The notes: generated by a model from the sequence alone, not told the origin. 64,000 bases of DNA from the human T2T-CHM13v2.0 reference genome, Homo sapiens (GCF_009914755.1 NC_060926.1); one strand, 5' to 3'; positions 14,571 to 32,124 are shown, numbered from the stretch's first letter. Made by a program: numbers and translations.

Positions 14571-17500
14571 GCCACTGAGATATGGAGGCCACGTTTATAA
14601 TTGTGGCTCCTTTTCAGGCCACTCAAATCCTGTTCTACTTCATTTGTCTCATACTCAGTTTCTCCAGTTCTGCCTTTTTCTGATTGCTGAGTTGGTTGGA
14701 AAAAATGTCTGGACTTGATTTTGCCCCTGAATCACCTTTAATTCCATTCTTTTCACATAAGTAAATGTCTTTCTTGTTCCCTTATTTAGTCAAGCTCTGT
14801 AAAAATATTAATTCAGCCCAGGTACACAGTCTGGATTCCCATATATCTACAAAAGGGAAGCTAATATTAAAAGCAAGGTACTATGAAAACCATGCGATAA
14901 ACTCATTTTCTCCATTAACTTTCTTGTAATTACGTTTCATCTTTTCCCATGTTTTTAAAAGCAAAATCTCAAAGACAGTTAAAGTTTGTCTTAGGTAACT
15001 TTCTGTTATAGTGCAAATTCAATAATTTTAAAAGGTATGTTCTAATTATAGAAAAAGTATTAAATAATGTTCTACCAAAGGAGGAAAATAACAGCAGATA
15101 CAAAGATAAGTTTTAGAATAACAGAAGGTGAAAATTATTATTTAGGGAATATTTGAAGACCAGAAAATAGCAACTGGGTCAATGATTAATGTGATAAAGA
15201 AAATAAATCACCCTCCCTCTCTCCCTATTTTAATTTTTCCCTATTCATATTGATGTACAATAAACCAGCAAATCAATAATTATTTCAAACAACTGGTCAG
15301 AGATCTACTGCTAATTAGATTGGGGCTGCAGGCTAGAAAACAGGCAAAGAGCAAACACTTTGATGGGAAAGAAGGGCCATTACCGAGGATGAAAACAGTA
15401 TACTAAGAAAAGACAAATGATGCCATCATGAACTGAAGACCATCTTTATAACTGCTTATCTTCCATGATATTTACCCTTACCTTGTCACAAAGGGCAGCA
15501 CACAAAGACTAGTCAGTATTGTGTGGCCTTGTACTTCAGCAGGTTGGCAGAATGTTATTGAGCTGTGTAAGGTAGGTCACGATGTACTACGGGTTTATAA
15601 ACTTGGTAACTTCATTCAATAAAATAAAGCAAAACAAAAGTGAGTAAAGGCTTTATATCCACAGAATTTAATTGAAATATTACCGCATTCTTTGCTTTCC
15701 AAGTTACTAAAATCCACATATGTTGAAAAAGTTAGTAACATAGTTCTTTTTTAATGGCCACGATATCCCCCATGATGCTTAAGGAATTCCTCGGCAGCCT
15801 TTACACTGAGGCTATAAGAACCAGCCACATGAGAGAAGCAGTGCTAAACCAAGGTAAGGTTGAACTTTTCAGATACACCATACTCTAATGGAAGCATCAT
15901 GAAGACCTGCTGGATAGAGAGTATTTAGTGGTCCAATAGCGCTGCTGTTGAGGACCTTTCACTGTGGAAAAAGGGGGCCTCTGTTACCTTGTTTATAAAT
16001 GAAATGTACTGCAATTATCTCAATATTTATTTCTTGCTGAGCATGGGAGTTATTGGGAGCAAGTGCTGATGAAATGCAATGTTATTTATCTCTTTTTGCT
16101 TTACAATAGAAAATTAAATTAAAATGATGTTAAATTGCTGCTTAATAAAAAATGATTGGTATGGTTTTTTTTTTAAGGCATTTTTCTTAAGAGTGCAGAA
16201 TTCTCACTTGTGCTTTGATGGATTTCTCTGGTACTAGATGATATAGCTCTATGAATGAAGTAAGTTTTTAAAATAGTCTCATGTCGGGTTTAATGAAAAA
16301 AATTGAAAACCATATGTATAAAAAATATAGCTGTTACTAGACAATTTTAAACCACATTGATATGTCATAGGCAGAAAAATATTTTGATGACTAACTGTGG
16401 TTATCTTAACTAAGGTCTTCTTGTGTATTCATTTTCTAACTCATTTCTTCAAAGACATTAAGTTGACTTTGGGATCCTTCTTACCATGGTAAGTAAGTAA
16501 CCAGCGTGTGCTTTTCCAAAACTCTGTGGGGAATCGTAATTTTCTGTGAAGGATTTTCCTAAATGTTGAAATGTCCTTCCTGATTCCCAATGACTAAATT
16601 CCTATTTGGCTTGAATTTTTATAACAAGACTTTGGAAACCATTTTTTCCCAGAGAAACATTTCACATTTAACTAATGTTTCTGCAAAACTAGGTAAAACC
16701 TAGATTGTCTGAAACTGAATGCCCCCTGCATTTAGACCATGTGTCTATGTGGTTCAGGCCCAGGTGACAGAGCACTTATTTCTCACTCTCAGCAGTAAAT
16801 TTTAGATTGGTTGAACAACCCAGACACCTTCAGCATTTCTAAGTCACAGAATCAGTCTAGGAATGTGTCGGTGAGATGAGGCTTAGTACTGGCCAAAGTC
16901 TGGAAATAGTCAGTGTAATACTGTGAGCTTCTGGGGCTGGGCCCAACGTTGACTTAAGACAGGAAATGTGTGCTCCGTGGCTCTCTGTCAGACCTACTTG
17001 GGCCTAGGTAAGACGTGCAGAAATCACAAAACGTACTTGGGGTTTTATAGCTCCAACTGGTAAATTCAACATTAAGCCTCCTTTTCCTGCTTTCTGACCT
17101 AATAGGAATTCTCTTCTTAGTTGTGTTTAAATACTACCTAGTGTATTTTGGCTTTTGGTAAGTAGAAAAGCAGAAGTCTACAACATGTGCTATGTCTCTC
17201 AATTTCAGACTGCAGTGATATCATAAGTAAAAGGAGCACCATTCATCACATGGGGCAGGCTAGAAAAATTAGGGAAAAAAGAGTTATTTTTCTATAATAA
17301 AATCCAGACTGAAATTGAAATGGTGAAGAAAAAATGCAGAAAAAAAAGGAGATGACCCTGACTCGTATATTTTAAGACTTGAAAATTATTAAACTGAGCT
17401 ATTTTAAATTTATTTATATAATATAAATAATATATATAATTGATACATTGTTTTATTATAATTTAGTACTTAGTATATAGATTAAAACAAAAATATAAAC

Positions 17501-17896
17501 AAATCATTAAGTGTAGGGAAATATATTTTGTTTTAACTTTAAGCAATGCTTATTTTAACAATCCATTTGCCATCAGAGGTACCATTTATAACGTAGGCAA
17601 CCCTCCCCACTTTAGTTCTTGCTGAGCTTCAGGTTGAAACAGAGACCATATCAAGTAAATTATACAGAAGCCATAATATTGATAAAATTTGGAAGGAAAA
17701 CTGCTTTGATGGTAAACTTTTCTTTCTTTGAAAGAAAACCTAATGTAAATCATGAAGGTTTATTCTTCCCGTAATCTAAGAGAATGACTTAAGAAGGAAG
17801 TAATAAAGTAGAAAAGTTTACTCATGTTTATGAACATATGTTTAACTAAAAATTAAACACTATGTTTTGTGAATGAGATTAGTAAGCCAGACGCAC

Positions 17897-18221
17897 ATTT
17901 TATTTTATTTTATTTTATTTTATTTATTCATTTCTAAATTTAGAGACAGGCTCTCACTCTGTCACCCAGGCTGGAGTGCAGTGGTTCAATCAAGGCTCAC
18001 TTTAGCCTCTACCTCTCCCGGGCTCAAGTGATTCTCCAACAGCTTTCTCAGTAGCTGAGAAATAGGCCCATGCCACCATTTCAAGATAATTTTTTAAAAT
18101 TGTTTCATAGAGCTGGGGTTTTGCTATGTTGCTCAGGCTCGTCTCAAACTCCTGGCCACAAGCAATCGTCCCAACTTGTCCTCTCTAAGTGTTGGGATTA
18201 CAGGTGTCAGCCACCATGCCT
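17897..18221 (-). mobile_element. AluJ element
   Basis: (TTTTA)n tail then 'agagacaggctctcactctgtcacccaggctggagtgcagtgg...gggctcaagtgattc...gggattacaggtgtcagccacc'. Confidence 0.92.
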
Positions 18222-19221
18222 GTACAACATATTATAAGAAGTAAACTGTAATTATATAATTATTAAAACCTTTCGATGTTAACAAGGTCTATAACTTTAA
18301 GTCAGAAGCGTGAATCGGGCTGAAAATGTAAAGCTAAGAGATTACCATTTAGTTCTTCCACTTAAAAGGAGTAATGCATTACAATATGAAGTATTTGTTG
18401 TGTTTTCCATACTACTTTGTTTTCAGAAAGATAATATCTCAGGCTTTCCTTAATGTTCATATCCTAGAATGGTTTAAGCATTATTACTTTTATGAGCATT
18501 TAAAATTTCTTACAGAGACCATCATTATTCCGTGGTTATTAATTAGACCTCACACTGATAAAATTGATACAGTATTTTCAATTGTCTCCACAAATTCAGT
18601 GAAGTCAACTCCAGAATATAGTAAAAACAGTGTCTGACATGCTATATTTCAATTTTTCTATTACATAAGTTCATTAAAAAAGAGGGGTACATGCTTTTTA
18701 TATCTCATTTAGATGAAGCTTAGCTAGTATTGTTGCAAATGGCCATAAAATACAGTGCCTTTTATTACATTTAAAATGCATTTATCCATATATTCATTTA
18801 TTTGGCAAAGCATTGTACTAGGAGTTTGTGAGTAATCTGGCTAAAATAAACAAGACTATGTCTCATAAAATCAGAGATGTTGTGTCTTGATAGGCTAAAA
18901 TAAATTTGAAAGCTATCTTGACAAATGAAATAAATTATTAATATTTTGCCTTTATTCATTTCTTTAGATAAAATAACATGTGTCATGGGGATAGAGATGG
19001 GATGGTAGAAGGTAAAATGGTGAAGTAGGTGGGATGAAGGGAATCAAAACAGAGGGACTCAGAGATAGAAGGCAACATCACTGCATTTGTCCACTTATGA
19101 CTTGTCCAGCGTGACAAACCTTTGCTTTAGTATTTCTTTAAATATCTTGTTTTTCATTTTAGATCTGTAAAAACTCATTTAAAAGTTTGTATTTCATTTA
19201 CCATAAAGGTAGTTATTCTAT

Positions 19222-19737
19222 AAATATCCCCCCAGATTGAAAACTGGTACTCAAATACATGTGCACACATATTCATAGTAACAATATTTCCAATAGCCAA
19301 GAGATGAAAACAGTCTAATGTCCACCAACGGATACATGGACAAACAAACGGTGGTACCTTGATACTATGGAATATTGTCTATCCATAAAATGTAATAAAG
19401 TACTGTCACATGCTACAATTTGGATAAACCTCAAAAATACTATGCTAAGTGAAAAAAAAACAGACATAAAAGTATGATTTCATTTATTTGAAATATCCAA
19501 AATAGGTAAATTCATAGAGAGAGAATGCAGATTGGTAGTTGCCAGGGACTGGGAGGATGTGGAAATTGTGAACAACTGCTAAATGGTATGGATTTTTCCT
19601 TTGGAGGTGGTAAAAATGTTTTGGAACTAGCTAGAGGTGGCGGTCGAACAGCATTGTGAAGGCACTGAATGTCATTAGATTGTTTATTTTAAAATGGTTA
19701 GTTTTACATTATTTAAATTGTACCACAATTTTAAAAA
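19222..19737 (+). mobile_element. L1MB-type 3' end
   Basis: 'tggataaacctcaaaaatactatgctaagtgaaa', 'aaatatccaaaataggtaaattcatagaga', 'aaaatgttttggaactagctagaggtgg'. Confidence 0.8.
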
Positions 19738-22459
19738 GTTAATATTTTAATGAGTCCTTCTATTCAGTCAGATGCAAAGTAAATTGGCTATTCAAAATGA
19801 AAAGAAACATTATCACTCAAAGAAAATAATTCTAATAAAATATAAAAAATGTATAGAGCACTTTATCCATGTGTTCATCTGAGCATACTGATTTTCTTAC
19901 CTCCAGAATTTATATCTTCAAGTAAGTTATGGATTTTTAATAGATTCTGGGAATTTAGAGCCACTAATCCATATTTCATATTTTTAATAATTAAACACCA
20001 TTCTAATATAAGCATATTGTAATGTAACTTTTTCATATTTATACCTATAACTTTGTCAAATTATTTAATCTCTCTAATAGTCAATGTATCTGACTCTAAA
20101 AGGAAGAAATTGCCTTGTCAATGGTGTGAACCAGGAGCATACAACAGGAATACACATGTATATTTCTATCTCAAACCTTATGAATCAAACATGAAGGGAC
20201 AGTGTCCTAGTGGGCATGTTTTGAAAAATCTTCATCTTCTCATATTCTAATTAATAACTATGAGATCAAATGATCTCTACTTTCCCTTACTTTTCATAAA
20301 TTATATGAGAGTAACATAATTATGGCCAAATTATGAACCAAACCATTAGTGGACTTTCATACATTAAATATATAATCACAAATATTCACTGAATAATATT
20401 TCAGATTATTTCGTTTTGCATAGTTAACAATGGAAACTATTTCCAAATTTTAATTCTGCATGTGTATACAAATTCTAGTTTTTAACTTTTGGATTTTCAT
20501 TTACTATTTTAGAACATAAAGATATATATATATATATATATGGAAGTAAAGTACATATTAATTTTTTATATATAAATATAGCTTTTACATGTAATATATA
20601 AATAATAAATTTTTCAGACATTTGGAAAGTTTTTGAAGAATATTGCTTGCAAGTTATTGTGAAATTTGTATTTTCCCATAGATTATTTACTGAAATATGT
20701 GATGACTATTCATAAAATGACACGATGCCATATTTTTGTGGGTAGCCACAAAAGTAGGCAATCAGACAGCCATTTATTGCAACAAACAATTCTTAATGAC
20801 TTGCACCCTGAAAACTATAGAAACCAACTACAGGAACTCAAAAATTATTCCAAACACTAATATTCAACCCTTATGACATATAACATCTCTCCAATTTAAC
20901 TGTGTGTGTCTATTTGTCTGGCTGAGTTATCTCTCTGGATGTAAACTGTCAGTTGATTCTGATTTTAGTAGCCATATGATTCTCGATTTATTCACTTTCT
21001 AATTGTAGTAATTTCTAGATCACAAGATAGGAAAAAACCGTTGTCAAAACTCTAGAGGAGTAGCATTTAATGGTTTTTACATGTCAAATTTTGCTAACAA
21101 GTTCACTTCAGAAAACTTAAGACAGTGCCAAGAATATAATACGATACATGGTCATTTGCTTTCCAGTCCTTATAGGACACAGGTGTTATGATTTTGATTT
21201 TAGTAGCAGAAGCTTTTAATTTGTGCTACAAGTGGGTAATTTGGTGTAGATAGAGCAGCTTAATTTTCTTTTCGGCTGCAATTAACTTTAGATGAAATCG
21301 TCAGATTAACTCAAGATATAGGTATCATAAAATTATTTCATTCAAGAAATGTTTATCAAATATCAGGTGCATGATAGGCTGTCTTTTTGACACTGAAATT
21401 AAAATGAGACCCCGTCCCAGACTTAAATATATGTACCATTTACTTTCAGAATCTAGAAAAGTAATAATGACCGTAGTAGAATAACATCTATTTATTAAGC
21501 CTTAGATGTATTTCCAGCCCAGGGCTAAGCACCAGGGTTGGATATTAAGAACAATAGCCTTTGTTCCAGAAATTTATTATCTACTTGGAGTGAAAGCCAC
21601 CAGGTTTGTAACATAATAATGAAGAGAAGCACAGGGTGCTTTGGGAGCTCAGGAGGGACAGCTGACATAACTTGGACTGGGGGTAGAAGGAGGCCAGGAA
21701 AGAACATTGAGAAAGATCTCAGGAGGAAGTCATCTCAGGAGGAAGTCATGCTTTCAAAATTAAATCTTAGAGGGTTTGGAACTAGTCAGACAAAAATTAT
21801 GTTAAGAAATATATGGTGATAATATATGCACAAAGTGCTACAAAATTACCAATTATAGCTTTAAATTATAGTTCATGGGAGATTCAGGAAATATTTATGG
21901 GAAAAATGTTATTAAGCCTTGATTTTGAAGAATGAATGGTATCAACCAGGTTGAGATGAGAAGAAAGAGAATTTCAACAAAAGTTAAAAAACACGTGCAA
22001 AGAATCCAAGTATGAAAGTAGGTATTTGTTTGATCTTACTATGAGCATTCTGTTAGATGCACACACCCTTCCTGAGGGGCCTCCCAGGGATGTGCTTTGT
22101 TGTGAAAGTGTTATGTCTTCATCTTACAGAATAGCAGACAATAGATAATGTCTAATCTTCAAAATTATCTTCTGGAGTAGACAGATAACAGATAATATCT
22201 AAAACTTAAAAATCAAAGGACAAGTAGCAAATTTTGCTCCTCCTCCCACTACCCCCCCCCAAAGAAAAGCAAATAATCAACAAGGAGAGAAAACAACTCA
22301 CATAATTCAAACATGAAAATATTGGGTATTTCTGAGCCAAGGAATTTTCTCATATTCCTAAAAGCTTGTTCAGGAGCTATTTAATTCATTATGGGATATG
22401 GTGGTTCAGTTTTCTCCTGCTTCCTGTTGTCTTATGAGGGGAAGACTTTTCCTAACTCA

Positions 22460-22904
22460 TGTCTACCTAATTAGAAGAAACTGAGGCAAAAATAAAACAA
22501 ATAAAGAGCTTATTTAGGCCAAGCTTGAGGATAGCAACCCGGGAGCATAGATTTAAGTTGCTCTGAATATACACTCTGATTAGCAGCAATTACAAGTGGA
22601 TTTTTAAAGGCAAAAAAAGGGGGAAAGGGAGTGAGCTGATAACAAAGTTTTTTTGTCAGGAATTCTCATTGGCTTACAGAAATAACATTGATTGGTGGTT
22701 AGCTATACACTGTTAAGTTATCCAGCGTGGTTTATCGTGTCCAGTGTGGCATTATTAGGTTAATTTATGGCTACTTGTGGCAACAGAATGTAGTTTTAAG
22801 AGATGAGTACACAGCTCAAAGCAGGCAGGAAGGAGGGGTGTCTCTCTGGGCTTGATAATTAAAAGAACTTGCATTCCTCAGATAAAAGTTATTTTCTCTT
22901 CTCA
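22460..22904 (-). mobile_element. ERV1 (MER4-group, MER101/MER93-like) solo LTR
   Basis: TG...CA termini ('tgtctacctaa'...'ttctcttctca'); 'ttatttaggccaagcttgaggatagcaacccgggagcatagatttaagttgc'. Exact family uncertain. Confidence 0.65.
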
Positions 22905-24089
22905 CTTGAAAAAAGCCTTATCTGTTCTGTCATCTTTTACGCAGTTTCTGGGAAAGATAGTGTTGCAGGCAGAAAGGTTGCATGCTTTGTTTCTCAGTTG
23001 TTCTTGCTGGATTATCATTTTTTCTTTTTTCTTTCTCTGTATAGAAACATCACAAAGGCATATCTCCACTTGTCCTTGTAATATGAATCTTTTCCAGCAA
23101 TAATTCCTAAAAACTGTAACCTATAAGTCTCCACTTACTTTTAAGCCCCTTCCACACACTATCAAGTCCCAACCTGTGCCCAGTATGTTAAAATTTAGTG
23201 TTGGACTTTTCCTTTCTGAGAATTATTTTGTTTGTCTTTCATCTAAGTCCTCTGCACCCTTGGACTCTTTTTAATGAGTTTCATAAGCCTTGACTTCTCT
23301 TATTTCCACATTCATAGGTTTGAGCAGTAGGTGCTGGAAATTATGGTGGAATTTGACTTAACACTTAGAGGCAATAAGTTTGTGGAATGAGCTTTGTGTG
23401 TTGTTATAAAAGGCACATGGGTAATTCAAATTAGGGGGGAAAAAACTCAGGAAGGAGTGGATCCTTGGATCCAGTACTGAAGGCAGTTGGTTGAGTAGAC
23501 CCCAGATCATTATGCCTACTCTGTATCTAAGAATAATTTCTACCTCCAACCCCCAACACACGCACAGTTCAAGGCAATGCCTGAATATCACTGTGTTAAT
23601 ATCATGGCAACAATATTCCTAACTTTCTTCTAAATAAGGAAGGATATGAAATCAGACACTTCCGGCCCAGCACTCATTCAGACTAAGTTAAGTGGAAACA
23701 TTGAAGCATACATAATTTGACAGATGCTCAATTATAACCCAATGAGAATATAAATAACTTTTATTTCATACTTCAAGGACAAATGATAAAAATTTTATTT
23801 TACTTTTTCTGTATTGCCTAAAATATTTAATATTGACCTTAAGTTTCATTCATCTGCCACGAAATAACTTGGTAAATACTTAGGGATTTCCAACATTTCT
23901 AGTTCACCATGCTCTTGAGAAAATATTCGCTTAAAATATATTAATGAGTGAAAAGGTTTTCATCATTACTATTATAAAGGACACTTTATAACATATTCGC
24001 CATCTTTTCAATAAATTGCTAGACCTTTTTTTCCAACATGGTAATACTACTTAAAAAACTGTATTTTTTTAAGATTTCAGGGTTACTTT

Positions 24090-25830
24090 ATATTTAATTT
24101 TAGTCCTTCTGGTGAGTGTATATCTTATTGTGGTTTTCTTTTGCGTTTTCCTGATGACCTGCAAAGTATTGGTTCAAATAGTTTACTCATTTTTACCATT
24201 TTTTCTTTGAATTATTGAATTCTAGGTGTCCTTTATTTATACAAAAAGCCAATTCTTTTAAAATATATGCGTGAATGTGTGCGTGTGCATGTATATATAA
24301 AATACTCACAATATATTCTATATACACTACTTGTATATGTATCTCCATAATACATATACATAAAACTCAAATTATATCTATATATAATGAAAAGGAGAGG
24401 GAGAAAGAATATTTTCTCCCAGTCTGTAACTTGCTTATTCATTTTCTTAATGGTATTTTTTGATGAGCAGAAATTTTAATTTTGATGTAGTTAAATTTAT
24501 CAATTTTACTTCTGTTTACTGCTTTGTAGTTTAATGCTTTTAGAGGCTATAAAAATATAAACTTTTTTTTTTTTTGAGGTGGAGTCTCTCTCCGTCGCCC
24601 AGCTTGGAGTGCGGTGGCGCCAACTCGGCCAACTGCAAGCTCCGCCTTCCGGCTTCACGCCATTCTCCTGCCTCAGCCTTCCGAGTAGCTGGGACTACAG
24701 GCGCCCGCCACCACGCCTGGCTAATTTTTTTTGTATTTTTAGTAGAGACGGGGTTTCACCATGTTAGCCAGGATGGTCTCGATCTCCTGACCTCGTGATC
24801 CACCCGTCTCGGCCTTCCAAAGAAATATAAAGTATTTTTATATTTTCTTCTATGAGCCTTAGAGTTTTAGTTTTTGTATTTAGGTCTCTGATTCATCTTA
24901 CTTGGAATTTTTTGAGGTAGTGATAGAATTTATTTATTTTTAAGGTATTTACTTGCCCTAGTACCACTGTTTGAAACTCCTTTAGTTTTTGCACATATTA
25001 AAGTATATAGATACATGTATTTTAAAATATTGCTGTTGTGTTTTTCAAAAAATTAGATAATTATATAAGACATATAAGTCACATAAATGACTGGACATTA
25101 TATTCTGGAATCTGGGCTCTGTATTCTCTTTCCTCGATCTATTTATTTATTTTTTGTCTTTATGCTTGTTCCACACTATAATTATTGAAGCCAATTAAAT
25201 TCCTCCAACTTTTTTCTTTTTTCAGATTACTTGAGTATTCTAGGTTCTTTGTATTTCTACATAAATTTTAGAGTCAGTTTACCAATTTTTATTTAAAATA
25301 CCATTAGTGTTATTATGATCATATTCAATCAATAGATCATTTTAAAGATAACTAACATATTAACAAAATTCAGTCTTCCAACCCATGAACCCTGCCACTC
25401 TGCTAAATTTATTTATTGTTCTAATAGTTGTTTTATAAATTCCTTAGTATTTTCCATGTAAATGATTACACCACCTTCTAATAGAGATACTTTTAAAAAT
25501 ATATGCATTTTACTTCTACTTTCTTGCCTTCTTGCATTGGCAAGTGCCTCTAATGTAACACTAAATAAAAATGATATAAATCTCCTTGCCTTATTGCTGA
25601 TCTTAGAAGAAAAGAGTTCAGTCTTTCATAATTAAATGTTGTGTTAGCTCTAGGTTTTCCATAAGTGTTCTTTTTCTTAAATTGAGTAAATGCCCACCTA
25701 TTTCTAATTTACTGACATTTTTAAAATAATAAATTAGTGTTGATATTTGTCAAATCATTTTGCTGTCTCTATTGAAATCAGTATATCTTTTTTCTTTATT
25801 CTGTTATTAAGATAAATGTGAATTATTTTC
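24090..25830 (-). mobile_element. Old L1M ORF2-region fragments (antisense)
   Basis: Minus-strand ORF 'MNKQVTDWEKIF' is L1 ORF2-like. Also 'tgatgagcagaaattttaattttgatgtag' and 'tgatcttagaagaaaagagttcagtctttca'. Confidence 0.7.
24563..24822 (-). mobile_element. AluY, 5'-truncated by about 35 bp
   Basis: 'actgcaagctccgcc', 'ttcacgccattctcctgcc', 'ttagccaggatggtctcgatctcctgacctcgtg'; approximate TSD AAATATAAA on both sides. Confidence 0.93.
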
Positions 25831-27854
25831 AGTGTACTCACCAATTCAGTGAGGTACATAGGGTATTATTCCCATTTCCAATATGAGAAAATTGTAAAGT
25901 TTTCATTTTATGAATGAGAGGAGGTTGAGAGATATGGAGCAGAAAGTTCAATGGAATAACAGATTGATGAGCCAGGGTAATTGGAATGAGAGGGAATACC
26001 AGATAGGATATTTGAAATGGAAATGAGATTTTTATATAAGATTTGAGTTGATTTTAAAATTTCAAAGCAAAGTGGTTCCAAGGAATGAGAAAATCCAATA
26101 TAGGGGTATGGAAACAGGTCATTCAAGTGGAGAAGAGCGTTTATGTTGGAAAGGTACCCAAACTAAAATATTAGATGCGTAGATGTTGAAGTCCCACAAG
26201 ATGATGGAGATACTTGAAGAGAAAAAGGAGAATAAGTTCATTGCCAAAATCATCAGTAATGGTTGGGAGTGCCCAGGTGGTCATACAATGGCACATACAA
26301 GGAAAGCAAATGTGTGGTATTTCTAGATTTACTGGATCTCCAAACAAAGATTTTTTCACAAGAGTAGATTAATAATGATCTAGGAGCAGAATTGGTATCA
26401 CAGTGTATAGTGGGATTTCTGTGTAAGATTTTCTTCCATATTGAATCATTTACCAAAAGAGTTGCCTATAATAACTCATTACAATTTTGGAATAAAGAAG
26501 TAGACATATACCCTTTTTTCCAATTCCAATTAAGAATATTGGCCATATATTTACATTAACAAAATGTGTGAATGGACACAAGTCAGTCTTAGTTTATATA
26601 ACAAACTCCAATAAAATAAAAGTTTATCATGTTCCTGTATCTGGGTGCCTGAATTTATTTTTCTCTTCCCATTACATAATTTGACATCATTAGACACAAT
26701 TCAGCTTGAGAAAGTACACAAAATGTGGCATAGCTGTTAAAATTAATGAATGTTCAGGTCTATTATAAATCATATATATATACATATTATATCTATATAT
26801 ATACACATATTCTCTCTCTATGTATATATAATACTGTTTCTCTAAAAACTCTTTCACAATATAAACCATTAACAAGATGAACCTGGCTTCATTTCTTATT
26901 TTTTCTCTAAAGATCAATTGGCAGAACGAGCTTTGTGATAAAAGCTACAAAGAAAGTAAGAAAGAGACAACTCACCTGCTGATTCCTTGAACAAAGTGTT
27001 TATAGGTCTCACATTTATATTAGCAAGACAATTAAAACATATTTTTATGCCTAGAAGCATTTCTGCTTTCTCCAGCTGCTTGATTTAAGTCATTATCTCC
27101 AGGACAATACATCTGTTGGCTATGGAGAGATTGGCTGTTTGGTATGTGTTTTGTAGGAAAGCCAACATATATTTTCCTTCTCAAAGTAGCAGTCAGGGTA
27201 TCAATTTCTGCTATATTTTTACCAGAGAACATATTTTCAGTATGTCTAGCCTTAGTAGACCAAATCGGCCTCTAGGATATTATTTGCTTTCCTGAGAAAT
27301 CAATAAAGTCAGGTAGTGATATAAATCCCATCTGTACAAATCTTTCAGCAGAAGTAACAAAATAACATTAAAAGTAAAGAGTGACCTAATTTCAGCTCTG
27401 AATGTTTTAAAGTAACAGGTATTTGGGTATAACAAATGAAGATCTGGGATAACTAAACTTTTGGATAATCATGGTTAGAGCTTATTCAATCATTGAGTGG
27501 TAATATCTGGAAACTTATTTTATAAAACTGTAGATAATTGGAATTGAGCATAAGAAAATCTGTGATAATTCAAATTTTAGATTCTCTTAGGATAAAAAAA
27601 AGACCCCTCTAGAAAACACAAATCCGAACCTCATCAATAATTTAGAAAGGGGAAAAACATATTTTTAATGAACTGACTAGTGTTTATGGAATTATTAATG
27701 ACAGTCATGTAATAAAATCTTATTCAGAGAATACCTTGATTTTAATCAGAATATAAGCAGGAATGTATTATTATGAAGCATTTCATAGCATTTAACAGCA
27801 CAAATATATGTAATATATGTGTTATATCAACCACAAAATAGGTTTTAGAAGTAT

Positions 27855-30920
<3,066 letters not shown>

Positions 30921-32124
30921 AAAAAATTAAAAATGCTCAACGTTTCCCTTCAGCCACAATTATTAGCTGTTTTAGCTATTATAAGTCTAAAATTATCATT
31001 TCACTTACAAGATTGTGTCTGAAATTCCCATCAATAGACTTACTTTTTGAGTTAAGATGTAGTCTAAAAGTGGTAAGTCTGAAAATACAAGATTTCAGGA
31101 AAGAAGAGGGGTAATGCTCTGGTTCATTTCCTATTTGTTTCTGACATACTAATGTGAATCAGTATGTCAATGTTCATGAAAATGTTGGTTTATATACAAA
31201 TTATAACAATATTTAATAGATTTGACTTAATAAAAATATACAAATCTGTATCCAAAAATTGCAAAATAAACATTCTCTTTTAAATACATATAAAACATCT
31301 GTCAAAATGACTTTTATCTTTTCTAGAAAGCAAGCCTCAACAAATTTTAAAGGCCTCATATCACATAAGAGTATGTCCTCTGACCATTGTTGGATTAATC
31401 TAGAAATCAATATTAGAAAAAATCTAGAAGATACACAAATAGTTAAATTAAACAATACAATTCTAAATAACAAACCAAATCACAACCAAAATTGGAAATA
31501 TTTAGAACTAAATGCTTATGAAAAAATACAGTATGTTATAGCTTGTGGAATATGGCTGTTTTTAGAGGAAAAAGGGTAGCTTCAAATCCATATATTAGAA
31601 AATAACAAACACTGAAAAATAATGATCTAATTGCTGATCCTCAAGAAGTTAGGAAGCAAACACTAATGAAACCCAAGAGAAATAGAGAGATCAATAATTA
31701 TAAAGATAAGTTAATAGGATTAAGGAAAACAAACATACATGAGAGAAAAAAAAGCTGAGAGTTGATTCTTAGAATATACAACAACCCTGACACAAATGAT
31801 AATGAGTAAATTAGTAATATCAGTAGTATATAAGATATATCATCATAGATGCCATTGACTTTTTAGAAGAGGATATCTCACTTATCTATTTTAAAGTCAG
31901 TGATATCTATAATGACGTATCTTGCATTCCGCAGAAATTTCCTAACAAGGTTCAGCAATAGAAATTTGAAAATACAAAAGAAAAATTGTTCTCCAAAGTA
32001 GTTTTCAATTAAACTGATTCATATCACCAAAAAAGATGAAGGTATTATTTCTTAAATGTCATTGAATTTGAACAGTTAAATCAGTAGTAACCAATGGAAA
32101 CTTCCACAGTGAAGAAATATAATT

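Noticed and set aside
15870-15965. Minus-strand peptide AGLHDASIRVW resembling a WD40 repeat end
   Set aside because: Bounded by stops in that frame with no compatible splice sites; likely coincidence.
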